DNA of 64,000 nucleotides from Lytechinus pictus (lineage: Eukaryota), in contig NC_087251.1 of NCBI RefSeq assembly GCF_037042905.1, positions 38,442,001-38,506,000 of the forward strand, given 5' to 3'. The notes under the pieces were generated by a model. The model saw only the letters and a list, made by a program, of their open reading frames with translations, made no database searches and was not told the DNA's origin. Both the position numbers and the translations under genes were made by a program. Every line of letters begins with the position of its first letter. Within the stretch, counting starts at the first letter, position 1. This document shows positions 1 through 12,188 of this stretch, in pieces.

Positions 1-945
1 ATTTACTTATTTATTTGTTTGTTTGTTTATTTATTTCATTTATTTATGTATGTATTTATTTATCTGGTTTATTTTTTTCTTGGGGGGGGGGTTACCCCTT
101 TGTACAGCAGTATACATGAAGTACAGTGCCCCCTGGGCAATCAGCTCAGGAGCACCCCCACAAGCCAAAATGCATGATATAAAAGGATGATGCACTGTTT
201 TATAAAGAGAAAAAAAATACTAGAAATTGATTTCAGATCAAGATTCAAGAATGATGTATTGAACTGAGTAAAAAAAATGAAAACGAAAATGAAAGAGTAA
301 AAGACTTTTTTAAAGGAGGGGGCAAACTTTTGATATTGTATTTCACCATATTTTGACTGAGTCTTTAACAAAAGTCTCAATTCACATGGGATGTTGACTT
401 GATACTTGCAGCATCAGGTCCAGCATTTAAGGTTTCAAGAGATGCTTGCTGGAATGTGAATTTTGTGGGGAGAGAGAGGAGGAGAACAAAAAGTACAAGT
501 GGGGTGCAACATTCAAGAAACTACAAAACACCCATTTTTTATCCTCCCCCATCAACGCATCATATTTGTGCCTTCTAGGGATTTATTTCCAGCGCTAACT
601 GTATCGGTAAATCACGGATAATAAGTTCTATAGCCCTGTAGGTTTCTGCGGCTCCTATATGTTCATGTGCAAAGTTCAGTGGATATTATTCGAAAGGGAG
701 GATAAACACTGAATTATGATACATTCCCATGGAAACCATATTGCAGAATATGTTTATGTAGATCAGAGTTATCCATGGTATATTGGATGGTAGATGTCAG
801 CGAAACTAAGCTCTTCTTTCTGGGTTGGCTGAAAGTTGATGTTCTGCAATGAGTTGTGATTAGTTTTGCAGCTTGAGAATGTAAACAAATATCTGATGAA
901 TGCAGAATATTGATTTTATGTTTTTGAAAGTCTGAGGTGTGTACT

Positions 946-1060
946 TCATCATCATCATCACCATCATCATCATCATAATCATCATCATCACCCCCACCAC
1001 CACCACCACCACCACCACCACCATCATCAACAACAACCTATTTATCATCAGTAGCATCAT
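946..1060. repeat. (CAT)n/(CAC)n trinucleotide microsatellite
   Basis: Directly visible catcatcat...caccaccac. Confidence 0.95.
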
Positions 1061-1134
1061 CTTTGTAATAAATATCTGTAAATAATTATTTTATATGATA
1101 GTAAATTAAACAATTATTATTTTTTCACCTGCAG

Positions 1135-1209
1135 GCCAAGACTGGCATCAAGTACACCAACAACAGCAAATTCAACAGCAGATGGATGGCCTAATTCTAT
1201 CAATACAAG
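1135..1209 (+). CDS. Candidate 75-nt internal exon (upstream isoform of the bHLH-PAS gene, or exon of another gene)
   Basis: Strong acceptor ttttttcacctgcag and donor AAG|gtatat. Open in phase 2-2 (PRLASSTPTTANSTADGWPNSINT-R, compatible with the bHLH exon) and in phase 1-1 (QDWHQVHQQQQIQQQMDGLILSIQ). Confidence 0.5.
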
Positions 1210-1314
1210 GTATATTTTCATTTGTTTTCCTTTTATTCACAATCAATGGCTTATAGATGAATTATTACACATGGAAGTATCATTAGGTAGCAGTTCTGAT
1301 TCTTGCCTTGTAAT

Positions 1315-1620
1315 CAGAGGGTGTGTCGGTATTTGAATCCTAGCTTATCCTAGCATCCTCTGGCAAGGCATCAATCCACACTTTGCCACTCTCCACCCAG
1401 GTGCTGAATGGTACCCGGTAGGATACGAATGCCTATTTTTGTATCCCTAGCAAGTATGAGTTTGAAAAATCTTGTTGGAATGCTCCCCAGGGAGTGGAGA
1501 AAGTACATACATTGTGTGCTAACAAGCCAGGATCCAATGACCAGGTGGGATGATAATATCTGTGAAGTGCTTAATGACGATTCGATGTAGCGCTGTATAA
1601 AAGTGGAATGTCATTTCACT
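1315..1620 (+). mobile_element. tRNA-derived SINE, degenerate
   Basis: B-box-like tttgaatcc, then core ggcaaggcatcaatccaca...ctccacccaggtgctgaatggtacc shared with copies at 19.5, 30.0 and 52.4 kb. Confidence 0.65.
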
Positions 1621-3872
1621 ATTTTAGAGAGATACATATATATGGATGTAATGAATTAGATTGAAAGGTACAACCTACACAGTAAAAATGCTTAAAACAA
1701 CCAGAGCGTTTCATGAAAGTTGTCAGCACGACAAGTCGGCTTTCTCTGACAGTTACCATAGTAACAGTCAGAGGCAAGTGCCTCACAGCCAATCAAAACC
1801 AAGGATTTTACTAAAATTGTCAGCACTGACAATTTAGTCAATGTTGACAACTTTCATGAAACACTGGTTTACTATATGAACAGATCTTGTACTGTTTAAA
1901 TTTAAAACAAAATGATTTAGATATAAAAGCCATGTACAGATTCTGAAATTTATTGTTGAACATTGTTGTTTGAATTTTAAAAAACATTGATTTAAATTCT
2001 TTTTAAAGAATTAATCACATGTTCATATTGTAAACCAAGTTGTATAACATTTATACCTTTATTCAAATTTTGTTTTTACTTTCTTTATTCAAGTGTTGGT
2101 CAGTGTGATTGCATAGAGACAATCCCACAAAAGTATGAAATAAAGATATACAGTAAGGGAATGGAGTTGGAGGAATAAGGTGATTATATGAAAGCATTTT
2201 AATTCAAAACTTCTTATAACAGCTCCACATAGTAGAATGTTTGATTTAATGATAAAATTGCTATTGTGTGACAATAAAACAAATGATTGAAAGGAATGGA
2301 GGGAATAACTCTTCTAAACAGCTTTGATTTGTCGGAATCGTTAGAGCACTTGTCAGAGCGTTGATTCGGTGAATTATCACAGGAAAAATATCGGGATTGG
2401 AGCCGGCTGATGGAGTCATTTATGCAGTATTACAGACCAAACATTTATCATCCCATTTTGCCGTAATTAAATCATCCTTATCCCCCTAGTTATTGAATTA
2501 GTCTTCCTCTCCATGCCACCCCTCGCCAGTGCATTTATAGCCGCACACATTTAAATCCAAGCCCCGGCTTATTTCCGTCAACCTTCTAAATCGGACAGAT
2601 GACAGCAAGTGTCATCAAAAATAATTCTCCTACCCTTCTTTGTACCTCGGCATTTGCTCCACTCAAACATATGTTCAAATAGCATAAACAAACCAAGCTT
2701 ATCAATGTAAAATGAGCAGTGTATTGGTTTACCCATTTTGTTGCAGGACGTAAAATGTACATGTATATAAAGTTGCAGTTCATTAATATGTACATGTAAA
2801 TTTTGATGGGTAAAACTTCTGAACCTAGATGAGAAATTGATTCATTTACTTGGGACTATCTGAATGATACAAATAGATTTTTTTCACTTAAAATTTATGT
2901 ATAATTTATTTATGTAAGCCATATTATTAGGGGTTGTTTTTAAGATATATTCTCATATTCTGAAGAAATATTTTTGAAACGTTTTGAAATGTGTCTATAT
3001 TAAAAATGTTTCATTTTCAGATGTTTCAACAAATTATCTTCAGAATTGTTTACGACTGAATCACTCATAGCCTAAAGCCAATACAAATCCATATGAAACA
3101 AAACACCTGTAAATGTTGAAGCCTTGTTGTCATCTAGCACTGGGGGGAAAAAAATTCCCATCTAGGCAGCAAATGAAATAGATGGATATGTGTAATGCAT
3201 TGATTGAAGTAAGTCATAAATGAGTAATTAAGGTAGACAGCATTGTGTTGAAATGATGATATCATAGCGTTGTTCGTCAGGTGGTTTGGGCTTATTGCAA
3301 GGCCACTCCTACCTGTACAATGGATTTGCAGTGTAATCCTTTTATTAACGCTGGGCTAGAAGCCAAACACCACCGTGTTACCATGGAATTGTCTTTTATT
3401 TCCCTCGCCTCTCGTCCTCACTCGCGCTTTCGACTTTTGATTCTGACCTTTTACCCCTTTCATAGTCATACTTCATAGAATGTAGGAATTGAAAGGAGAG
3501 ATTGGGGCTATTTTGAACTCATTTTAGGCTTGGTTATTTGGCCGAGGCTTTTTTTGTTTATTTGGGAAGTGTTAGTCATGATTATACTATGTAGATAAAC
3601 AAAAAACATTTTGCTTAGATTTAGATATTATTGAATATAATTTTTTACTTGAAACTTTTGAAACTAACAACTTACAGATTCATTGATTTTTCAAGTTTTC
3701 CTTTCTCACATTGATTTTTTAAGTACGGAATGGACATTATTGTGCCTTGTGGATCAATGAAAGAGTCTGACAACATATCCAATGTCATCCTACACTTAAA
3801 TGTAGATTGTAGCATGTGTAATATCACTTGAGATTTAAGAAAATCGGTACAATTTGATGAATTAAACCCAAA

Positions 3873-4371
3873 TTAAAGGGGAAGTTTATCCTTACAATAA
3901 GTTAGTTTTAATAAAAGCAGAAAAATTAGGAGAAAGTATTGGCAATGGCATTATGAAATATTATCAAAGAAAAAGAGCTATAAATTATCAAAGTTACACA
4001 TTTTTTAAGTTTTAAATTTGTGATGTCATATGTGAACAGCTCTGTTATATAATATATATGCCATTACATTATTTAAAATAGAACATTATGAATGAAATTA
4101 CATTTCGTACAGAAGGCTGTATGAAATGATGTCTGTGATGATGTATTCCTACTCCCTAGCACAAATAAAATCACTTTCAGATTAGGCCTATTGAGAAAAT
4201 GGCATTTTAGTGAATTCATAATACACAACATAGACCTAATGGAGGAGCTACTCGTCTTTGATATAAGAAATCAAAACTTTAGAAGTTTTTACAGTCATCA
4301 AACCTTCACTAATATTTTTCTCTATTTTGTCTGCTTTCATTCTTATTGTCATGATGAACTTCTCCTTTTAA
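3873..4371. mobile_element. Degenerate non-autonomous DNA transposon with TTAAAGG...CCTTTTAA ends
   Basis: ttaaaggggaagtttatc at left and gatgaacttctccttttaa at right. Internal similarity to the 11.6 kb, 19.8 kb, 40.7 kb and 53.2 kb segments. Confidence 0.55.
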
Positions 4372-6041
4372 AGAATTAAGGATCTGAAGATTTCTCTGAA
4401 AAATTTTCCGGATAAGACTTAATCCTGTCCTGTTTGCATAGTAAATGTGGAAGGAAGCATATATTCTCCTGAATAAAGAATGAAATAAGTTTCTCAGTTG
4501 CGAGTTTACTTTTTATTTTTTCTCCAAAATAGGATGTGTCTTTGCTTATCAGCATGTAATTAACGTATTGAATGGCTCAGTTATCCAGGTCAATAAGTGA
4601 TTAAAAAAACTTGGTCACCATATGCCGCGTAGTCTGATTGAGTTTCTCCAAATCAATTTCTTCATTTGTCAAGAATTGAGTGACCTGAGAATGACCCTTT
4701 ATCAAGAGACACGCCCACTTACCCCCATGTACACCCACACTGTGGTTGGTAGTCTACGGTAATTACAGACCTGGGTCAAGTAATATAAAGCTGAGCGAAG
4801 GATCGTGGGGTGTCTGTTTACGATTGATTATACGCAATAATCAATGCAATCAATCGTGTAAATCAGCCCCACGGTCAATCGCTAAGAGTATGTTACATTG
4901 CCCTGTGTGAAGTGCCAAACATGGTTTGTTGAAAGTCACTGAAGAAGTCTGAATTTCAGACTAAGAGATCAATTAGGGCTGTGCACTTAAAGCTCTAGCA
5001 AGGGTTTAGTCAATGGGCGGCATTTGGCATCCAAGACAGACCTATTTATTAAAAGTTATACATACTCCTATAAAGTTTGTATTAGGGTCTGTCCATGCAG
5101 ACTAAGAAATAGATACAGAGTCATCATTACACATTGTTTGGTTATCTCTTTTTATTTGGTGATAACATAGTACATGTACATTTATCTTTTGATTGGTGTT
5201 TACTCAATGAAACCATTTTAATCTTGTTGCGCCCAATGAAGAGCGTAACTCCTACCCATTAACATGAATCTATGTACCCCATTCACTACTTTGTGTGTAC
5301 AAACTGGGTGGGAACTAGTTCTTGTAATGATACAAGTCTAGGACCTGAATAGTCCAGACTATTGGAGTTCTGCTAAATACTTGGTCCACACTAAAGATGC
5401 ACACGACCTCATCTCAGAACAAATTAATTGAATTTTGTAATAATACAGACCCTGTATTCAAAGATCGCTTGTTTTCCACGTGCCGCGGCAGTGCATTTTG
5501 TACAATCGATCTGAATGAACACCGAAATTGTGAGCTTTATCACCAGCAGTTACCTTGCCGATAATCCAAACTAATTCCTTGCAGCACTCGTAGAAAAATA
5601 GTGCGGACTATCTTTGAAATAATTAGGCCCCTTATCAATTATTGTTGCCTTGTCCACAATATCAAATGCCATTAGCGTAACGGGGGGGGGGGGGGGGGGA
5701 GGATGCACAGAGTGAACCCTAGGCAGATTTTTGTATGACATGACCCCTTCTATATGTTTTACGATGAGGGGGTGGGTGCTTCCAAAATGTTGGCGACCTT
5801 TGACCTCTTTTATTTTTGTCAGAATTTTTTACATTCTGTTTTGAATAGTCATTCACATACTGATCATTCATTCTACGAGTGGAAAATTTTAAAATTTTCA
5901 GATTCAATTTTATTTCAAGCATTTTTTGTTATCTTTCACTGGTTTTTATTCTGGTTTTGGCAAATGATTTTCTGGTTTTGACCTGTTTGCTGCTTGTCAA
6001 AAATTTGTTGTCTCTCCTTTTCAAGGTATGCAACTCTCATA

Positions 6042-6472
6042 GACACTATTCTCATTATATTTTCTAAATCTAGTTTACTGGAAACCGGTTCAGGAAACTA
6101 GTTTGGAAGATCGCTTTGCTAGCGTTTCCATTTGATCACCCGAAAGTGGTTTTCAAAACCACTTCATGTAAAGCGGTCTTGTTGCTATGGGAACACTCTC
6201 AGTGGGGTGACATGTTTCGTGCGAAATATGAAACTGCAGCGTAGGCATTCCACATACAGTGTGTGGAATAGCACGCTCGAAATGTGCGAAGATCGCTTCT
6301 CGAAGAATGGTTGTGTCCTCAATTATGCAATAAACCAGTTTAAAGAGAGAAAGCAATCTTCAAAACTACATCGTGAGGTGGTTTTCTGAACCGCTTGGGC
6401 TTCGACCGTTCTCATTGCACGTTAAACTAGTTTCCACTAAACTAGTTTTAGGACGGTAGTGAGAACGGCGTC
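6042..6472. mobile_element. MITE (family A), 3-bp TSD ATA
   Basis: TIRs gacactattctcattat / gtagtgagaacggcgtc flanked by ata on both sides. Internal aaactagttt palindromes. A second copy is at 31635-32067. Confidence 0.85.
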
Positions 6473-8504
6473 ATATAGCTGAAAAATTGGGCCATATCAT
6501 ATGTTTTATAAATTGTGTAAAAACAAATTACCTTCTGAATGTTTTAATGTGAACTGTCAGCGTAAAAAACAACAGCAAACAACATGCATCACACAGTATG
6601 TCCGCATCATACATAAAGTTTTAATGACATTCTGGATCGTTTATTGAGATGATGAAGCTGTTGTCTCACAAAATTAATTTTATGAGAAACATTTATTTAC
6701 ACATGGGCGTTTGTGATTGGGCATAAAGTTATGAAATGGTTTATGGATCGGGTGTTTATGAGTGGTTACAAAATCATTAAATGTTTAATATTTTCTGTAT
6801 GGTTATTTTACATTTGTGAACATACATTATCACAGCTGTTTTATAATGTTCTTTTTAACTTTTTAATGGCCTACTGGTGGATCCATATCTTTTATTGCTT
6901 TTTGGTTTTATTTCTGTGAGAGAGAGAGGGGGAGTGTTTTCTATGTTATTAAGCTGCTACGTTTTTAGAAGATTCTATTGTGTATGATTAGAAGGAAATT
7001 TACTTCCTTTATCCTTAAACATACTAATGACTTTATGCTTTCAGACCAACTAAAAAAATGAGAATACCAGGCATTCTCTGATTGGGAAATTTACCCTAAT
7101 TCTATCGTGAACTCAAAATCTGAAAATTGTCTTAACACAGATATTCTTTTATCTTCAGAGTTACAAGAAAAATTTTATTCCAAAAATTCTTTCATATCTT
7201 CTTTTTACTTTTCATGTAACATTTTGAAAGAATGCATGATGTCATAGCTAAAATATGCATAAAGCTAAATAAAAAACAATGCATAAATTTCTCTGTGCGT
7301 AAGATAACATATTTTGATAAAATTTATTCTGAAAATTCTCTCACCTTTTTTAATGTTAACTTCTCAGAAATTACAACAAAATTTACAAGAGTTAGAGGGC
7401 TTTTCTAACCTAATGTTGCATGCAATATATTCTCAGACAAAAACTAATTAAGAGATGCTTTTATTGGTTCAGCTAATCATATATAATAATTATTTATTGG
7501 TGAAAAAAGAAAAATTGACGTTTTCAGAGACAAAATATGGGAAGCTGTCAGAGAGAGAAAAAATAGCTGAATACCAATTTGAGATGCTCTTGTTGAGATA
7601 ATATAAAAGATAAAGATAGAGAATTTTCAGAATACTTGCCCAGGTACTTTTGCCACTGTGAAAGCAAAATACATGTAATATTCCCAAAAGAAAATACCTA
7701 GTATTAGAATGTACCTGTCAACTTTACGCAGGATTTTTTTAAAGGTTGTGGATATTCTTGCAGTGTGGAGCAAATGTTACAAGAACTCTCCTACCCCAGG
7801 GTGTACGCTGGGCACGGAAGACGGACGCTCAGGGTGCAGTGGTAACTAGCTTGTCTTGGTAGCGAATTTAAATCACGCGCCTTGTTTGGTCTGCAAGTGC
7901 AGACTCATATTTGACACTTTAACCAATTATACCTTGTCTAGAATAAAGACTAGAAGCCAAACTCTCTTTGGTAAAGGCACCCACGGTACGTGATGAGTCT
8001 AGTCTCACTATGCGAATTGTGATAACCAAAGGTCTGTGCCTGCAGAATACGCCTTGTTTGCGTAGTACTCCCACCGTAATGTGAACATTCATAACTTTGA
8101 GAACTTACCCTATAAGGGTCTGATTTGGCTGAATATGAATCTTTCGACAAGGATATTCTGAGGACTGAACAATTTGTCATAAATTTGTAGGCATTTTGAT
8201 GATCAAGTCCATCTGAAAGCTCCTGTAGACAAACAAACTTGGACATGTTCCATAATTATGTTTCATGATCTTGCCTTTTTCCCCCACACATATCCTTGGT
8301 TATATAAAATTACGTAATCAGTTTGTCAAAAAGTAGGATGCGAATTTCGATCGAGGGACCTTTTCAAACCGTTATTCTTTACTGGTAAATATCATTTTGA
8401 GAGGAAAGTAGATAGTGTGATTCATTCATTTTCATTTAAGATCATACATGTATCTGGTTTAGGCAAGAAAAATAATCTGGAACTTATGCAATATTAAATA
8501 TTCT

Positions 8505-8815
8505 GGCCCGTATTCTGATAGCAGGTTTAACTTAAACTCAGGTTTAAAGTTGTGATTTAAGTATGGATAGCCAATTGTTACATAAATCACTAACAGTAGA
8601 GATATCATATTTCAGCTCATTTGGCTCTCAAATCATTCATAATTGTCTAGAAAGTATAAATAGATGATTGTCTTCACTATCGGTGAATCAGGAAAGAGCA
8701 CAGTAAACATAAGAAACATACAACTTAATAAAAATTTTGATACTTTTGGCTTCCCATACTTAAACCACAACTTTAAACCTGAGTTTAAGTTAAACCCAAC
8801 TTCAGAATACGGGCC
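8505..8815. mobile_element. MITE with ~60-bp TIRs, TSD TCT
   Basis: ggcccgtattctga..ggtttaacttaaactcaggtttaaagttgtg and its reverse complement at the right end, tct on both flanks. A degenerate relative lies near 61115-61390. Confidence 0.9.
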
Positions 8816-9389
8816 TCTGTCTTTAAGATAAAAGATTCATAAATGAGATCATTTGATGTTCTGTTTGTGATTCCTGGTCAATTTTTGTGAATTTCTGAAA
8901 TAAGTGAATATATATGTAACATTAACTTCTGAATTGCGCAAAGGAAAATGACCTCACCTTTCACCAAATGCGATTTCACTGCACTTGTTACCCTCTCTAT
9001 AGTCTGCAGACTCAGACCCCGATTGAAACTTTGCTCAACAAGTGGGTCTTCACACAAGACTAGCACATTAAACTTGCTGTGAGGCCTTCAGTACACATTA
9101 TTGTAGGCTGCATATTCAGGCCACTTAGACTTGAGTTAAGGGTTTGCACAGCAGACTACCCTCTCTCTATGGGCTATTGGGATATTGGTATAACCTGTGA
9201 AGTCAAAGCCATAACCATGGGCTGCCAAAATAATACTGAATACATGTAGAGGAATGTTGACATTTTTTGTCTTGTTTACTTATCTTTCATTGTGATATTA
9301 AAAGAAAAACTTCACATTACTCCCATTTTTCACAACAAACTTTATTTTTACAAGTATAAAAGTATACATATGTAAGATGGAAATACCAA

Positions 9390-9769
9390 TACCCCTTTCA
9401 TAAACCTATCCTCCAATTAGCCGCCTAATAGTAATGCGGATAGTTCAATAAAAATTGCGTTCACAAACTCCGAAAATTATCCGCATTATTTTTACGAGCG
9501 CCCGTCCTGAAAAAGGCGGATAATCGTCATGACAACTGGACACGCCCCCTCCGATGCGGTTGTGTTGGAAAAGGGTGACCTTGTGACCGCACCATGGCAA
9601 TTATCCGCATTATTTGGAAATACGTTCATAAACTCAAAATCTTGTCCCGATGCTGCTATTATGCGGATAATTGCAGCATCAAAATAATGCGGATAACTCT
9701 GGTCCTCCTCTGATTTTACGACCAAATTATGCTGCTATTAGCCGCATAATTGGGATTATGAAAGGGGTA
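9390..9769. mobile_element. MITE, TSD CAA, with multiple TTATCCGC/GCGGATAA subterminal motifs
   Basis: tacccctttcataa ... ttatgaaaggggta flanked by caa on both sides. Confidence 0.88.
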
Positions 9770-10500
9770 CAAGTTGATTAAAATGATACAAATATGGGAT
9801 AGTAATATGTAGGACTATAAGCATTCATTATCTTCTATATAATTCATTCTCAGCTGGCTTTATTAAATTACTCTGTATCATTATTATTTATCATTAAAAA
9901 AAGCCATGAGCTTCCTGGGTCAGACCATTATCTCCAATCTGTAATAAATTAAAAAAAAATATTTTTAAATGAATTATTTTCCATCTCTTGAAGCTGAAGA
10001 AAAGATGTGAAAATGACTGATATTGCAAAGGAAGGTATTGGGGCACATCATAAAAAAAGAGAACTGAATGACGATTTGGATTGGATAAACGTGTAATAGG
10101 GATCTCATTTGGAGATGAATACTGCTTCCATTGGTTCAGGTGTTGCGAAAGACGGATTAAACCCCATAATGTTCTCGCTGAAGTATTTATATGCCATTTC
10201 ATAACAAAGAATAAAAAGCAACACGGTGATAATGCATCAGCAGTCGGTTACCTCACAGATAGACACAGCAATCAATAGATTTTCCCCTCTATTCAAACCT
10301 TTCATTATACCGTGGGCCACTCCCCACTAGGAAGCCGCTTCTTAAAGGGATACCTCACACTTTTCAAGATCCGTTTTATTCTGTCAGAGTTTTGAAAACT
10401 TGGGGTAAAATACTGACTCTTTCCTTTATTTTGTCATTTTGAAGAAAGGACAGCATATTCCAACTGTTTCATCGATGGAAATAACAGTTCTCAGTTGAAA

Positions 10501-10766
10501 ATAAGATAAGATAAGATAAGATATTCATTCGTCTTTCTTTCTGCACATACATTTTATCTTACAAGTATGATTTCACATTCTACAAATGAAAAAAATCAAT
10601 TAACCATAAATCATTGTTACAGTAGAAAAAAAGATAAGATAAGATAAGATAAGATATTCATTCGTCTTTCTTTCTGCACATACATTTTATCTTACAAGTA
10701 TGATTTCACATTCTACAAATGAAAAAAATCAATTAACCATAAATCATTGTTACAGTAGAAAAAAAG
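10501..10766. repeat. Tandem duplication, 2 x 133 bp, each starting with (ATAAG)4
   Basis: Copies at 10501-10633 and 10634-10766 look identical by eye. Confidence 0.92.
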
Positions 10767-11579
10767 AAACATAGCAAATAACTAAACGTATTGAGAGAAA
10801 GACAAGGAGAACCCCTGAAAAAGCAAGGCTTGTAAGGCTAGGGTCTCCTTTGTTTCAAGTACATGACTGAATAGTATTCAGTGTTGACATGTAATATCTT
10901 TAAAAATACAAAAGAAAAAAAAAATGCAACAATAAAACAAAAAAGACAAACTAAAACTAATCAATGACAAAAAGCACACACTAATAGAATACATTGCTTG
11001 AATGTACAGTTATGAAGTCTAATAAACTAACAACAATATGATATAATTAAGTGATATATGATGGAAGAGGAAATAAGTATGGATAACATGGCATGAAGAA
11101 AAAGAGGACGATCGTATGTATAAATAATAATAGTAAAGTAAAAAAACAAAACATGACAAAGGTAAAAGAAACACAAGAAAAGAATACAAAAGGAAAAAAA
11201 CATGGGCTGACCCTCTGCAGAAGAATCCAGTTAGACAAGATACAAGATAAATATATATTGATATATCATAACATTCTCCAGTCTTATATACAGTTTTATA
11301 GGCTCCAAAATTAAAAATAACATAGTATATAAAAGCATATCTTAACCTAGAGCAACTCACAAATAACAATTAAGAAGATAACCTTTAAGTACACGCTGAA
11401 AAGTATAAATAGTATAAAGTATAAATAGTATGAGAAATCAAAGGAAATTAATTAGAACTTCATGTTTATTCTCAATATGTGGGGAAAATGTGACAAAGAA
11501 AGGACATGTTATTATTAGATTGCTAAATCTCTTCAAAGCAATGTTGAATTGAATTAAGAAAAAAAATACATTGAGACAT

Positions 11580-12188
11580 TTAAGTGACAAGTCCACCCAA
11601 ACAAAAAGTCGATTTGAATAAAAAGAGAAAAATCCAACAAACGTAACACTGAAAATTTCATCAAAATCGGATGTGAAATAAGAAAGTTATGATATTCTAA
11701 AGTTTCGCTTAATTTCACAAAACAGTTATATGCACATCCTGATCGGTATGCAAATGAGGAGACTGGTGACGTCATCCACTCACTATTTCTTTTGAATTTT
11801 ATTATGTGAAATATGAAATATTCTAATTTTCTCCTCATTGTCAAGTGAAACAACGATCAATTCCGCCCTGAACATGTGGGACTAACATTGTTTAATACTA
11901 TATGGCTCAGTCAAGTTGGTCCTTATTGTCGAATCCGTAAAAAATTTATTATTGTATAATTCAACAATAAAAAACAAAAGAAATAGTGAGTGATGGACAC
12001 CATCGACTGTCTCATTTGCATGCAACTGAGTTGTGCAAATCACTGTTTTGTGAAAATAAGTGGAACTTAAAAATGTCATAACTTTCTTATTTTACATCCG
12101 ATTTTGATGAAATTTACAGCGTTATGCTAGTTTGATTTTTCTCTATTTATTCAAATCAACATTATTTTGGGGTGGACTTGAACTTTAA
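11580..12188. mobile_element. Non-autonomous DNA transposon with ~130-bp TIRs and TTAA ends
   Basis: ttaagtgacaagtccaccc...gaaaatttcatcaaaatcggatgtgaaataagaaagttatga mirrors tcataactttcttattttacatccgattttgatgaaatt...ggggtggacttgaactttaa. Confidence 0.88.

Noticed and set aside
5478..5483. E-box/HRE motifs (CACGTG here, RCGTG elsewhere) as autoregulatory sites
   Set aside because: Isolated 5-6-mers are expected by chance in 64 kb, and no obvious clustering was seen.
6132..6389. Related short ORFs here and at 31799-32035 as a small protein family
   Set aside because: Both lie inside copies of the same MITE and show no transposase-like motifs.
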